Positions 9,595 to 19,072 of a stretch of 64,000 nt of DNA are shown one piece after another. The stretch is from a virus. Lineage: Duplodnaviria > Caudoviricetes. The notes under the pieces are model-generated. The model worked only from the letters and a program-made list of their open reading frames with translations. It was not told the DNA's origin and ran no database searches. The position numbers and the translations under genes are program-made. The stretch is from the IMG/VR virus record IMGVR_UViG_3300034170_000057. The stretch is one strand, 5' to 3'. The first letter of the stretch is position 1; each line of letters begins with the position of its first letter.

Positions 9595-10332
9595 ATGTAC
9601 AAACCCAAATTGCTGCATCGCGCAAGTTTCCGCTATTCCGAACTCCATCGCGGTCAAAGCGTCGAGGAAATTGTCAGCTACGAGAATATGGAAGCATCCG
9701 AGTTTTTAGGTGCTTACCCTCAAAGCGAATACCGCGTGCGCCGTGAACTGCTAGAGGGGGTTCCTTACTCGCTCGTTATTCTTTCCTGCCGTCCTGATAC
9801 GCGTGTGTCGCAGGAAGGCGAACAACCCGAATATCAGACACTGTTTGTGCAGGGAAAACGCCTCTACGCGCTTCTGGCAACCGAACGATTGCAACGTTTG
9901 GGAGGCCCGGAGGGAATCAGCGCGGGATTGCAGGATGTGTTCGACCGTAAAACACGCCTGACCCGCCCTATGGAAGAACACCGCTCTTTATGCATGTGGC
10001 ACGACGTACAGCACGATATCTATTTCAGTCCGAACGCCACGTTCCTGAAATTGGTTTATTCGATCCTGAGTCGGCCCGTGCATTACTCCAGCCATATCGA
10101 CAATGAATTGCATATCGGTGATCCTGTAGAACTGGCAATCATCCTTAATGGGCGCAGCAGCAAAAGCGTTTTCGGTATGAATGCGCGACAAGGGTTTGTT
10201 AGTAGCCTGTTACCAAATCAAGTCACGTTGAAAAAGCATGAAAAGAAATATCGCATGCCTTACGTGTACATGCTGACCCATCCAATTATCGTTTCCAACG
10301 AATCACCATATAGGGCGCCTAAAAATGTTTAA
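9595..10332 (+). CDS. hypothetical protein
   Basis: AAGGA SD, 245 aa. Confidence 0.7.
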   Translation: MYKPKLLHRASFRYSELHRGQSVEEIVSYENMEASEFLGAYPQSEYRVRRELLEGVPYSLVILSCRPDTRVSQEGEQPEYQTLFVQGKRLYALLATERLQRLGGPEGISAGLQDVFDRKTRLTRPMEEHRSLCMWHDVQHDIYFSPNATFLKLVYSILSRPVHYSSHIDNELHIGDPVELAIILNGRSSKSVFGMNARQGFVSSLLPNQVTLKKHEKKYRMPYVYMLTHPIIVSNESPYRAPKNV

Positions 10333-10564
10333 TGGATTGCGACACGCGCTCATGAGCGACCGTAACGAAAACCCGACCGTGTTCGACCGGCTGACTGGCA
10401 ACACCGGCCAATTGTTCCTCACACCCGGCCAGCCGCATTCTGGTTATTTGAGCCGCGCACCGGAACCTCTCTGGCCGCACGAAATTGCAGCCGCGAAGAA
10501 AAAGAAAGCTAAGCGCAAACTCGAAAAGAAAATGCGTAAACAAGCGCGGGCCAAAAAGAAATGA
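10325..10564 (+). CDS. small protein with Lys/Arg-rich C-terminus
   Basis: ends KKKKAKRKLEKKMRKQARAKKK. Confidence 0.65.
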   Translation: MFNGLRHALMSDRNENPTVFDRLTGNTGQLFLTPGQPHSGYLSRAPEPLWPHEIAAAKKKKAKRKLEKKMRKQARAKKK

Positions 10565-10743
10565 TGCTCGATAAATATGTGATCGAGATTATGGACCGCA
10601 CTGCCCGGTTGGGTACGCAGATAATGCCGGTGCTGCAAAGTTGTTTCAGGGACCGACCGGAAGACGTGCGCAAAAAGTGCGTGCCTTCTAAAACCAAACG
10701 GGCGCACCTGCGCGCTGCACGAAAAGCTAAGGCCAAAAAATGA
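10561..10743 (+). CDS. small basic protein
   Basis: ATGA overlaps on both sides; basic tail. Confidence 0.6.
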   Translation: MMLDKYVIEIMDRTARLGTQIMPVLQSCFRDRPEDVRKKCVPSKTKRAHLRAARKAKAKK

Positions 10744-11303
10744 ATGTAGTCTGCCATTCGTACACCAGTAGTCACGCCCTAAAATATTGTGCTGCAATGC
10801 TGCTTGCGGAACGTATGTTCGAAGAGAGCGGCCAGATGCAGGATTCGTGGGAACGTATCGCAAAGACCGGCAAAGACGCACGCCGCGCCGTGGTGATCCT
10901 CGTTGCATGGGCTGGGGTGAATCTGGATAAGGTTGTGGGCTGTTTGCTGTATGACCCGGTACGAAGCCGCGCCCAGTTCTACGTCAAGCCTGCACAGCGC
11001 CGCAAGGGCATTGCAGGTCAATTGCTCAAACGTCTGCGGGGCATGGAAAACTTCGGCAACCGGGTTATCGAAGCGGTACAGGGTTATCCGGGTTCTATGG
11101 AATTCTTTGGCAAGCATTTCGTTTATGTGGCGGATGATGCTTTTTCGGAAGCCGAAATAAATGAGGTAGCAATCGAAATTCGTATGGACGCCAACGATAC
11201 CCGGAAGCTGACAAGGTGGAGCGCAATCCACGAAATCCAAATACGGCGCAAACGTGCGTTCCGTCTGAACTACATGAAAGTAAAAAAGGCAGGTCTGATA
11301 TGA
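10740..11303 (+). CDS. GNAT-family acetyltransferase
   Basis: VVGCLLY...QFYVKPAQRRKGIAGQLL acetyl-CoA motif A. Confidence 0.75.
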   Translation: MNVVCHSYTSSHALKYCAAMLLAERMFEESGQMQDSWERIAKTGKDARRAVVILVAWAGVNLDKVVGCLLYDPVRSRAQFYVKPAQRRKGIAGQLLKRLRGMENFGNRVIEAVQGYPGSMEFFGKHFVYVADDAFSEAEINEVAIEIRMDANDTRKLTRWSAIHEIQIRRKRAFRLNYMKVKKAGLI

Positions 11304-11935
11304 GCTTCGGTAAATCGTTCAAAGCCGTGGTCGAAACGTGGATACGGCAACAACACGGTGCAGTCATTGCCCGCTCCAAAGAATTCAACGACAGCGGCCT
11401 CACTTTTTATATTCGCGCTGGGCGTCGTTGGGATCACGTGGCGCAGGATATAGAACAGGCTATCACCATCGTGCGTGTGGATTTGGCAACGGCCAATCGT
11501 GGTAAAGGCGTGTTTCGTGAATTCCGTTTGTGGATGGAAGACGTAGCCAGTCGTATGGCTTTCACTGCGGTTTATGTCGATCAGGTCCATTCGGAAATCC
11601 TGCAAGAATCGTTGCCACGAAATGGTTACGAGCGCGATCACACCACCGACCCGTGCGAACACATTTACCGCAAAGCCATTTTGTCGCCTGCTGCCGTGGC
11701 CTGTGCAGATGTGGAAGTTGAAGACCTAAACGTTTTCGCAATTTCCGACACAAGCACTAACCGTTATATTTCGGCGCTGGTAGGGCCAGAAATTCGCACA
11801 GCTTACAAAATCCAAAAAGCGATGCTGATCACGGGCCGGGAACTGGCCGAGGCTGTGCGCGATTCTTTGCGGGGTCCACAATCGACACGTTATTTTGTGG
11901 TGGCCGTTGCACTGTTTGAGGGGAACCGGAAATGA
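11300..11935 (+). CDS. GNAT-like protein with C-terminal extension
   Basis: ITIVRVDLATANRGKGVF...VYVDQV...LPRNGY. Confidence 0.6.
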   Translation: MSFGKSFKAVVETWIRQQHGAVIARSKEFNDSGLTFYIRAGRRWDHVAQDIEQAITIVRVDLATANRGKGVFREFRLWMEDVASRMAFTAVYVDQVHSEILQESLPRNGYERDHTTDPCEHIYRKAILSPAAVACADVEVEDLNVFAISDTSTNRYISALVGPEIRTAYKIQKAMLITGRELAEAVRDSLRGPQSTRYFVVAVALFEGNRK

Positions 11936-12189
11936 GTCAGCCTGTAGAAAAACCTGATGTAGAAAAAGCGGATAACGAAGACTACCTCTACATGATCCGC
12001 GAAAACCATTCGATGGAATATGTGGCGGTGATCACGCCGGAGTCGATTGGCACTAGCAAGCTGGGCAAACGTGCTGCGCACTGGCGCGACGAAGCGGTGG
12101 CTAAAGAACAATGCCGCATGTTGAACGAAGAACCTCACGGGCGTCATTACGTCGTGATTATTTCTCAAACTTCGGTAGGTATTCGCTAA
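11932..12189 (+). CDS. hypothetical protein
   Basis: ATGA overlap. Confidence 0.65.
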   Translation: MSQPVEKPDVEKADNEDYLYMIRENHSMEYVAVITPESIGTSKLGKRAAHWRDEAVAKEQCRMLNEEPHGRHYVVIISQTSVGIR

Positions 12190-12480
12190 ATGGAAAGTAT
12201 TGATAGAGGCCCGCAAATTATCAGCACCACAACCAGCGGTGGGCGTAGCCAGCATATGCGTATGCTAGCCATGGCATTGGCTACGGCGTCTCCGATGCAC
12301 TCCGTGCGTGACCAAGATGAGGATAACCGCAAGCATCTGCCGTTCGGTGGTTTGAGCTACCAAAGCAGCGGGCGCAGCGGTGAAATTCGCACCAGCGGAA
12401 AAGGTGAACCGCGTGCGGCAATCAAACGTGCGAAGCGCAAGACCAAAAAGAAAATGCGTCAGCAGTCGAGGAAGAAATAA
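12190..12480 (+). CDS. small protein with basic C-terminus
   Basis: ends AIKRAKRKTKKKMRQQSRKK. Confidence 0.6.
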   Translation: MESIDRGPQIISTTTSGGRSQHMRMLAMALATASPMHSVRDQDEDNRKHLPFGGLSYQSSGRSGEIRTSGKGEPRAAIKRAKRKTKKKMRQQSRKK

Positions 12481-13271
12481 TGCTTCAATCGGTTATGCAG
12501 AAAGTTGGCCCTGTAGATTTTCCGGCATTCACAGCCGAGCGGATTTACATGCGTGAATTCCGTTTGGAAACTGGCCTGCCTGAAGACCTGAAACGCTGGC
12601 AACAAACCGTCGATCAAATGCTGGTTGGCGTTGATACTGACGGCCCGATTTATTTGATGGTTGATCAGAAGTTTGTCACGGCTGCCGAAACGCACCGTCG
12701 CCCCGGCCTGCACGTCGATGGTTATTGGAACGCTGCCAAAGACATGTGGGAAAAACCGTGGAACGCGGTTTCTGCACATGGTGGAAGCACCAACGGCGGC
12801 ACGCATGGTTCACGGGGTAGCCATTCCGGCGTTGGCCGTCGTCGCGATGGTCACGGATATATTTCCGAGGAAGAATATCAGCGCCGTTTGATCGAGGAAC
12901 GCAATCGCCAGAAAGAACGCGGCGACCTCGGAAAACCACACAAGACTCCGCGCAAAAGCTACGACACTCGCAACCCGACGAAAAAAGCGGAATCGGAAAA
13001 CTGGGTGTTCGATATCAACGACCGCCCGGAAGCAATTATTCTGGCGTCGGATGTTTCTGCTAGTCGTGGGTTGCTAGGTGAATGGGATGGCCTCATTAAG
13101 CCCGGTGGCGACGTTTCCCACCTTGACCTGTCGCATATGCAGCCGGTCATTCTGGAAGCCCACACGGCCTACGCGGGCAACGTTACGTTCGTGCATGAGT
13201 CGTTGCCCTTGCTTCATGATTGCAGCCGCACGCTGGTGCGTCTGAACGTTCCTTATCACATGGTGCATTAA
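12480..13271 (+). CDS. 2OG-Fe(II) oxygenase-like (double-stranded beta-helix) protein
   Basis: RRPGLHVDG (HxD), distal VHES, terminal RTLVRL. Confidence 0.6.
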   Translation: MLQSVMQKVGPVDFPAFTAERIYMREFRLETGLPEDLKRWQQTVDQMLVGVDTDGPIYLMVDQKFVTAAETHRRPGLHVDGYWNAAKDMWEKPWNAVSAHGGSTNGGTHGSRGSHSGVGRRRDGHGYISEEEYQRRLIEERNRQKERGDLGKPHKTPRKSYDTRNPTKKAESENWVFDINDRPEAIILASDVSASRGLLGEWDGLIKPGGDVSHLDLSHMQPVILEAHTAYAGNVTFVHESLPLLHDCSRTLVRLNVPYHMVH

Positions 13272-13613
13272 ATGAGACGGCGTACACCCGAACAAATCGC
13301 GATACTGATTGCAGCCCTACTAAAGCGCAGCAAAGGCAACCGCATGCGCCTGAACCGGAAAAGTATCCGGACTATCGCAAACTCCGTAGTCGGTCGGTCT
13401 ACTGCGTGGTATGCACAGATTGGCGAAGAGCTTGCGGAATTCGGTATCAGCATGTTTGAAATCTCCGATACGCATTTCGGATTTATTCACACTGCTAAAT
13501 CGGAATCTTGGACGCAGATGGGTGTTGTCCTAATCAGTGCCGATTTGGAAAATCCCGACTTCGAAAAACTGCGTGACGAAGTGTGTATTGACCCTGACCC
13601 GGAAGACGAATAA
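13272..13613 (+). CDS. hypothetical protein, possibly DNA-binding
   Basis: basic N-terminal half, acidic tail. Confidence 0.65.
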   Translation: MRRRTPEQIAILIAALLKRSKGNRMRLNRKSIRTIANSVVGRSTAWYAQIGEELAEFGISMFEISDTHFGFIHTAKSESWTQMGVVLISADLENPDFEKLRDEVCIDPDPEDE

Positions 13614-13615
13614 TC

Positions 13616-13888
13616 ATGACTACTAAAAAGATCCGTTACTACGAAGACCAGTATGTGGCCGAAGTAAACATTAACGATGCGCCAGCTGGCGGCATGAAAA
13701 GTCAGGATATCGAACTCGCACACACTTGCGAACTCTTTGACGCAGCGGGTGTTTACCGTCCTGATCCGCTGCCTGACGTGATTCGTCGTGGCGCTGCTTT
13801 TCTGGAAGACAAAATCGCGAACGGCGAAATCAGCGCGCTCGATGTTTTCTCTTTCACCGTCCGCAAAACTGCCTTGCGCAGTATCTAA
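13616..13888 (+). CDS. hypothetical protein
   Basis: 90 aa. Confidence 0.65.
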   Translation: MTTKKIRYYEDQYVAEVNINDAPAGGMKSQDIELAHTCELFDAAGVYRPDPLPDVIRRGAAFLEDKIANGEISALDVFSFTVRKTALRSI

Positions 13889-13914
13889 CTCAAACCCGGA
13901 AAAGGATTTCTAAA

Positions 13915-14289
13915 ATGTTGTGGTCAAAAATCATAAGAGATTTGCGCGATGCACTTCCCCAGTACAAGGTGGTGCGGTCGCGTGGCGAGGGAACGCTAGA
14001 ATTTTCATTCAAAGCCCGTGGCGACGACCAGCGTCCGATTTACTACGTGCTGATTGAATATCGCAAAAGCTACGTTTTGCGTAATTTGAATACAGGACTT
14101 GCAAAAAGCTACAGCGAGTCCAAGAGGGAGGAATTGCTGTGCATGATACGCACCATCCAGATGCGACAGAGAAAAACAAAATGCGCGGAATCTGGCCGTG
14201 GTTACGAAAATCGTCTTTTCTCCAAGTGGCGCGAATTGTTCTGCATGACGACCGCCCGCGTGAAGCGACTTACGCTACTTATCGCGTAG
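13915..14289 (+). CDS. hypothetical protein
   Basis: AAGGA SD; 3' end overlaps the next ORF by 109 nt. Confidence 0.55.
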   Translation: MLWSKIIRDLRDALPQYKVVRSRGEGTLEFSFKARGDDQRPIYYVLIEYRKSYVLRNLNTGLAKSYSESKREELLCMIRTIQMRQRKTKCAESGRGYENRLFSKWRELFCMTTARVKRLTLLIA

Positions 14290-14600
14290 GCCGTGGCGAG
14301 ATACTGCACGAAATTTTCGTCAGTGATTCCAGACAAAACATCCGAGTCTCCGAACACGTTAAAGGCAAACGCCGACTGTACACGGTAGACTTTTATCAGC
14401 ATGGCATGGTGTGCGTTCGCCAAACTTTTCGCGACGTACATGATGCGGAACATTATTTGAATGTGGAGCTACTGCGCCATGATCACGATTCACCTACACC
14501 TACCCGGTTGCCCCGACGAACAGGAATACGCAGTGTACGCACTTTCGGATGGCGAGGCCGTTTCTCTGCCGTTGCGCTACTGCGAACCCGACGCGCATGA
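14181..14600 (+). CDS. hypothetical protein
   Basis: GAGA before ATG 14181; long overlaps at both ends. Confidence 0.45.
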   Translation: MRGIWPWLRKSSFLQVARIVLHDDRPREATYATYRVGRGEILHEIFVSDSRQNIRVSEHVKGKRRLYTVDFYQHGMVCVRQTFRDVHDAEHYLNVELLRHDHDSPTPTRLPRRTGIRSVRTFGWRGRFSAVALLRTRRA

Positions 14601-14946
14601 CTCGATTCACTTCTCGAATGAAATCGCTTTTCAGGCTTTTCGTTTGGCTGTGGCGCAAGACAAAATCCTTCCTGCAAATATTCGGTGGCGTACCCACTCG
14701 GCGCAGGGAATTCAGAAAGGCCGGTTCAACGAATTCGGCGTGCCTGTGGATTACGAAGGCAAGGTAACTTATTTCTTTTCGCCCGGTGACAAGCTGTGCG
14801 AAGAATTGTTGATCACTGCCTGTCAAAAATCTAAGCGGCGCAAAATGGAAAAACTCCGCGTACTCGAAGAGCAACGCGATGCCATTGCCGATAACTGTAA
14901 AGGTAAAGAGCATGAAGAACAAAGCTCCCCTCCATCCGTTGGTTGA
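14479..14946 (+). CDS. hypothetical protein
   Basis: GGAG SD before ATG 14479. Confidence 0.6.
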   Translation: MITIHLHLPGCPDEQEYAVYALSDGEAVSLPLRYCEPDAHDSIHFSNEIAFQAFRLAVAQDKILPANIRWRTHSAQGIQKGRFNEFGVPVDYEGKVTYFFSPGDKLCEELLITACQKSKRRKMEKLRVLEEQRDAIADNCKGKEHEEQSSPPSVG

Positions 14947-15232
14947 ACAGCTGGTTAAACTCGGCGTAGATATCACCATCGGATACGATAAAGAAAAATC
15001 CCGTTTTACGTATCATCTGAATACCGGCGCAAAGTCCGACATGAACGCCTACACCACTAAAGGTGGAACCCTGTTCATCGAAACCCGCTACGGCCCGCAC
15101 GAAGTCGAAACCTTCGAGGAACTGTGCAAGGTTTTCGACGGGTGTGTTACTAGTTTCTGCCATTATCAGTGGTCAGAGGCGATGGCGGAATGCGGACATT
15201 GGCCGGATAAAAATTACCGACCATTTCCATAA
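14912..15232 (+). CDS. hypothetical protein
   Basis: AAGG SD, ATG 14912. Confidence 0.65.
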   Translation: MKNKAPLHPLVEQLVKLGVDITIGYDKEKSRFTYHLNTGAKSDMNAYTTKGGTLFIETRYGPHEVETFEELCKVFDGCVTSFCHYQWSEAMAECGHWPDKNYRPFP

Positions 15233-15241
15233 AGGTTTTCC

Positions 15242-16441
15242 ATGCATGTAAATCTCGATCACCCGGCGGGTACTTACACCACTCGCCAAACAGTTGACTG
15301 GCAAGCGAGTCAAAGCGTCGATTTCGTAATGTTCACCGTTAACGGATTGATGCCTACGCTTTCCGAGTACGTGGCCTACGATACGCTCAACCCACCAAAC
15401 CCTTTTATCGCTGTGACGCAGGACGGGCGCGGTAACGTTGTGTATGACGGTGGCTTTCCGAAGTTCTACAACATGTCGGCGCCAGCAGCGGGCACAGCAT
15501 TTGCCAGCTTATCCGGTGCCCACAAATACCTGTACAACGCGCTGAATTTCGTGAGCAATAAAGCGAAGGTCAACGCAGGCAATCGCAAAGTGCTTATTTT
15601 GGGCGATGCAATTGCAGCAGAAAACTACCCGGTCAAAAGTGCTACGCCAACCGGTTTTTATACGACGTTCGTAAACGTGTTTGCGATTGCTGGATACACA
15701 CCAGTTTTCAAAGACCGCGCAGACTACAGCGGCACGCTGAATCCTACGCTTGAGGAACTCGACGGCTATTGCGCGGTGTTGTTGCTATCGTCGGATTACT
15801 CCACGCCAACCGGACGTTTCACAGCGGCGGGCGTCACGGCAATGGTGGCGTACCGGGAAGCCGGAAACGGTGTGATCCTGATCACTGACCACGGCCCGGA
15901 TATTCCGGACGTTACAACCGCAGCTAACGGCGCATACGGCGCGTTCTTCCGCACGGCAAACCAACTAGTGGCTGAATATGGCGCGTTCTTCAGCGGCCTC
16001 TATGATCGCACGCCGGTTAACGTGGGTTTCCTGCGCAGCACGTATGGGGATCACCTGCTGTATAACGGCATGGCGAACACTGACAACATTGCAGCCGGAC
16101 CTTCTGAGTCGCGAGTATTCATCGCGAACTATCCGCGCTACAAACCAAACGAATTGCCGAAACTCGAATTAGAAACTGGCTGCTACAACATCCAGATTCT
16201 GACGCGCCTGAAAGACGGCACGGTCGAGATTCAACGGCAGACAATTTGTATCGACAAAACCGGCGCAGGTCGGACGTTTGTCCGTAAGCTGTACGTTCGT
16301 GAAACCAGCACTAGCCCTTGGGTTGTGAATTTCGCCAAAGGTGGCTGGGGCGTTTACAAACAAATGCAGCTGATCCGCATGACCCCCGCGAATACCGTGA
16401 TGTGGGATGCAAAACTGAAAGATTGGGTGGGAGTTAAATAG
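15242..16441 (+). CDS. putative virion-associated protein with class I GATase-like alpha/beta fold
   Basis: Gly/Ala/Thr/Asn-rich; NVVYDGGFPKFYN motif recalled from jumbo-phage structural proteins; LDGYCAVLLL...AYREAGNGVILITDHG. Confidence 0.45.
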   Translation: MHVNLDHPAGTYTTRQTVDWQASQSVDFVMFTVNGLMPTLSEYVAYDTLNPPNPFIAVTQDGRGNVVYDGGFPKFYNMSAPAAGTAFASLSGAHKYLYNALNFVSNKAKVNAGNRKVLILGDAIAAENYPVKSATPTGFYTTFVNVFAIAGYTPVFKDRADYSGTLNPTLEELDGYCAVLLLSSDYSTPTGRFTAAGVTAMVAYREAGNGVILITDHGPDIPDVTTAANGAYGAFFRTANQLVAEYGAFFSGLYDRTPVNVGFLRSTYGDHLLYNGMANTDNIAAGPSESRVFIANYPRYKPNELPKLELETGCYNIQILTRLKDGTVEIQRQTICIDKTGAGRTFVRKLYVRETSTSPWVVNFAKGGWGVYKQMQLIRMTPANTVMWDAKLKDWVGVK

Positions 16442-16693
16442 TTGTCGAACGTGATTAATATGGCGGGCACAAGCACCGCACACACCGACAAAATGCTGCA
16501 AGATAATATCGGACTCAACACGACAGAAGTTGTGTTGGGCCTTATGGTTATTTTCATCGTTGCTTCGCTTGTCCTTTCGTGGGCCGATAAGCAACGACAG
16601 TCCCGCATTCTTCGCGCAGTGGTACGGACGATTGTTATCGCCGTATCTCTGTGCTGTACCACACTACTCGTTGTTCAATACACTGGAGCGTAA
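16442..16693 (+). CDS. two-TM membrane protein
   Basis: two hydrophobic segments; start uncertain. Confidence 0.6.
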   Translation: MSNVINMAGTSTAHTDKMLQDNIGLNTTEVVLGLMVIFIVASLVLSWADKQRQSRILRAVVRTIVIAVSLCCTTLLVVQYTGA

Positions 16694-16697
16694 AACG

Positions 16698-17435
16698 ATG
16701 GCTACTAAAAAGAAAGTTGAAGAAAAGAAAATCAAAGGCGCAGGCAAAGCAAAACCTGTAGCGAAGCCACGTAAACCGAAGCTGCAAGAAATGCACATCG
16801 AAACGCGTACCGTAACCAGCCACGATATTTTCAGCGGCATGGAATTCAAGATCCCGGTTTCGCTGATCGGGCTGACTGGCGATTCTCTGGTGGGGCAGAT
16901 TCTGGAAAAACTCGATCCGGTCAGTAGTTTCCGTGACGCGGTGAGCGGTCAGGTTGCGCTGCTATTGAACAGGCTCAACGAAAAGCGCACGCAGGAATGC
17001 ATTACCAGCCTGCAACTGGATGTTGAATATCAGGCCGACCGCGACGGTGATTATCTGGAATTTCATTTGAATTCCATGGTCGATCCGAAAGGCAAACCAG
17101 ACCTGCCGTACATGACTGGCAAGATGGCGAAGCAACTTCTGGAAACTGCTTTCGAACGTTTCGAAATCGAAGTAGATTTGAACGGTGCGCCAGCGTACCG
17201 CCAGAAAACGGAATTCTTCTACGAAGTGCTGGATGGCACGAACGTTAGAATGCCTGCCGTGTTGGATTACAGCGACGTGCGCGAGCTTTACGTGGCGGTT
17301 GTTCACCAGTTATACATGCAAATGATGGAAGGCAACGTGATCGAGTTTTTCACCAATCACGATGTACACGTGACGCCGGAAGTATTGAAAATGATGGCGA
17401 CCAAAATCGGCAAAGAACATCACGTGGAGATTTAA
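16698..17435 (+). CDS. hypothetical protein with Lys/Ala/Pro-rich N-tail
   Basis: GGAG SD; MATKKKVEEKKIKGAGKAKPVAKPRKPK. Confidence 0.75.
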   Translation: MATKKKVEEKKIKGAGKAKPVAKPRKPKLQEMHIETRTVTSHDIFSGMEFKIPVSLIGLTGDSLVGQILEKLDPVSSFRDAVSGQVALLLNRLNEKRTQECITSLQLDVEYQADRDGDYLEFHLNSMVDPKGKPDLPYMTGKMAKQLLETAFERFEIEVDLNGAPAYRQKTEFFYEVLDGTNVRMPAVLDYSDVRELYVAVVHQLYMQMMEGNVIEFFTNHDVHVTPEVLKMMATKIGKEHHVEI

Positions 17436-17804
17436 ATGGAATTCACAGGCATTTCTTATGGTAGTCACATCACAGTTGAGCAGATGCAAAAGGGCAAAAG
17501 TGCGATTGATGATTACCGTAGCCTGTTGCAGATTCCGGGCAACATGCGCAGCACCGCACTTGATCGTAAAACGAAAGACGCCGAAGCAGAAGTTTCGGCA
17601 TTTCGGGCGCATGTTGGCGACCTGTGTTTTTCGCACTGGGCTGTGATTCACACGTGGGCACCGAACGGAAGTAAACCGGCGTACATTCAGCCGATGTGCT
17701 GCCCTCCGATTTTCAAGAAACCCGAAATGCTGCCTGCGCTTTATCAGATTATAAAACAGCATATGGCAGGCGACGAATTCATTTACGATATTGAGCAGCT
17801 ATGA
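17436..17804 (+). CDS. hypothetical protein
   Basis: GGAG SD. Confidence 0.7.
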   Translation: MEFTGISYGSHITVEQMQKGKSAIDDYRSLLQIPGNMRSTALDRKTKDAEAEVSAFRAHVGDLCFSHWAVIHTWAPNGSKPAYIQPMCCPPIFKKPEMLPALYQIIKQHMAGDEFIYDIEQL

Positions 17805-18382
17805 GCCAAGTTAAACCGAAAAGTCCGTTCGCACATTTGACGACCGAACATCGTACCCGCATTGGGTACGTGCTGTATCTCGATAGCTACGAAAAGAAAT
17901 TCCAGTATGCTCGCCAGTTGCTTACGGGCGTTGCTGACATGGAAATTCGCATGGCGATCTTTTGGGCGATCAAAGAGCGTCACGTGAACATGAACGATCT
18001 GGAAGACGCTGGTTTTATTTTCAGCGATACCACCACGTCACTTCTGGCTGAAGCCAAAGAATGGGCGATGGAACACCAGATGAAATTGGCGCAGTCAATC
18101 ATGCCGTTTATGGACGAAGAGGCCATCCGTGCAATGGCGGCCCTGATAAGCCAGCCGGAACAGCCTATCTCGATGCAGTGGCGTGATGCGCGGGCGGATC
18201 AGCGCCGTGGTGAGGCCCAGTCGAAACGTCGGTCTGAAGAGCAACGCACGACGTTCAACAGCCAACACAAACCCGCACCAGAAGGTACAGTGAAAGAACT
18301 GGCCGCACGGTACGGAAAATCCATTGGCGAAATTCGCAAATTGAAAGCAGCGGATTTGTTGCACACTTTGGAAGGGGCGTAG
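17801..18382 (+). CDS. hypothetical protein, possible C-terminal HTH
   Basis: TVKELAARYGKSIGEIRKL resembles an HTH. Confidence 0.65.
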   Translation: MSQVKPKSPFAHLTTEHRTRIGYVLYLDSYEKKFQYARQLLTGVADMEIRMAIFWAIKERHVNMNDLEDAGFIFSDTTTSLLAEAKEWAMEHQMKLAQSIMPFMDEEAIRAMAALISQPEQPISMQWRDARADQRRGEAQSKRRSEEQRTTFNSQHKPAPEGTVKELAARYGKSIGEIRKLKAADLLHTLEGA

Positions 18383-18385
18383 CCT

Positions 18386-19072
18386 ATGCTACCTGCGATT
18401 TTGGTTTGGCGAGATATCAATAAGTTTCAAAAGGCTGCTGTTCACTACGGGCTTTCGCTAGATCATTTTGAAGACTATTTCACAGGCTTCAAAGTAGGGC
18501 GCAGCGGTTACTGGGCATTGCGGTTCGACCGCCATCCTTCGATGGATTTGGAATCTCTGAATAGCCCGTATATTGCGCCGTCGATTTGGGTAGATAGTTG
18601 CTCGTTTATTTTTCTGGAAACTCCAAACGGGCGACCGAGTACACACCGTGAACCTACGGCAATGAAACCAGACGAAGACCTAGCGATTTCCGAAGCCTTG
18701 TATAAATTGATTCAGGTCGGCATGCCTTTGTACACGGGGCCAATGATGAGCCTTTCGCTTCTTGGGCGTGCGCCTGCCGTTAAAAAGCCACGCAGCAACG
18801 GTTCGCGTGCTGGCGCCACGGGTGCCAACCACTACGCGGCGAAGCACGACGATACTGTAAAAACTATGAACGCTGCTTTTAGCAAGAAGGCCAACGGTTT
18901 GCACCGGCTGGAAGTGGCGCTGATCAAATACTTGGATGGTGTGGATTACGATGTGATTCGTGACGCACTGAATCAAACACGGGCCGCGCAAGAAGACACG
19001 GATTTTCATGCGCTGTGGAAATTGCTAGACGACAAGGCGAGTGCAACAAATGCGGGAAGTGATAAAGTTTAA
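18386..19072 (+). CDS. hypothetical protein
   Basis: AGGGG SD, 228 aa. Confidence 0.7.
   Translation: MLPAILVWRDINKFQKAAVHYGLSLDHFEDYFTGFKVGRSGYWALRFDRHPSMDLESLNSPYIAPSIWVDSCSFIFLETPNGRPSTHREPTAMKPDEDLAISEALYKLIQVGMPLYTGPMMSLSLLGRAPAVKKPRSNGSRAGATGANHYAAKHDDTVKTMNAAFSKKANGLHRLEVALIKYLDGVDYDVIRDALNQTRAAQEDTDFHALWKLLDDKASATNAGSDKV

Noticed and set aside
2311-13893. TATCTAACTCAA at two gene ends (2311 and 13882)
   Set aside because: Only two copies, and half the match is forced by Ile-stop codons
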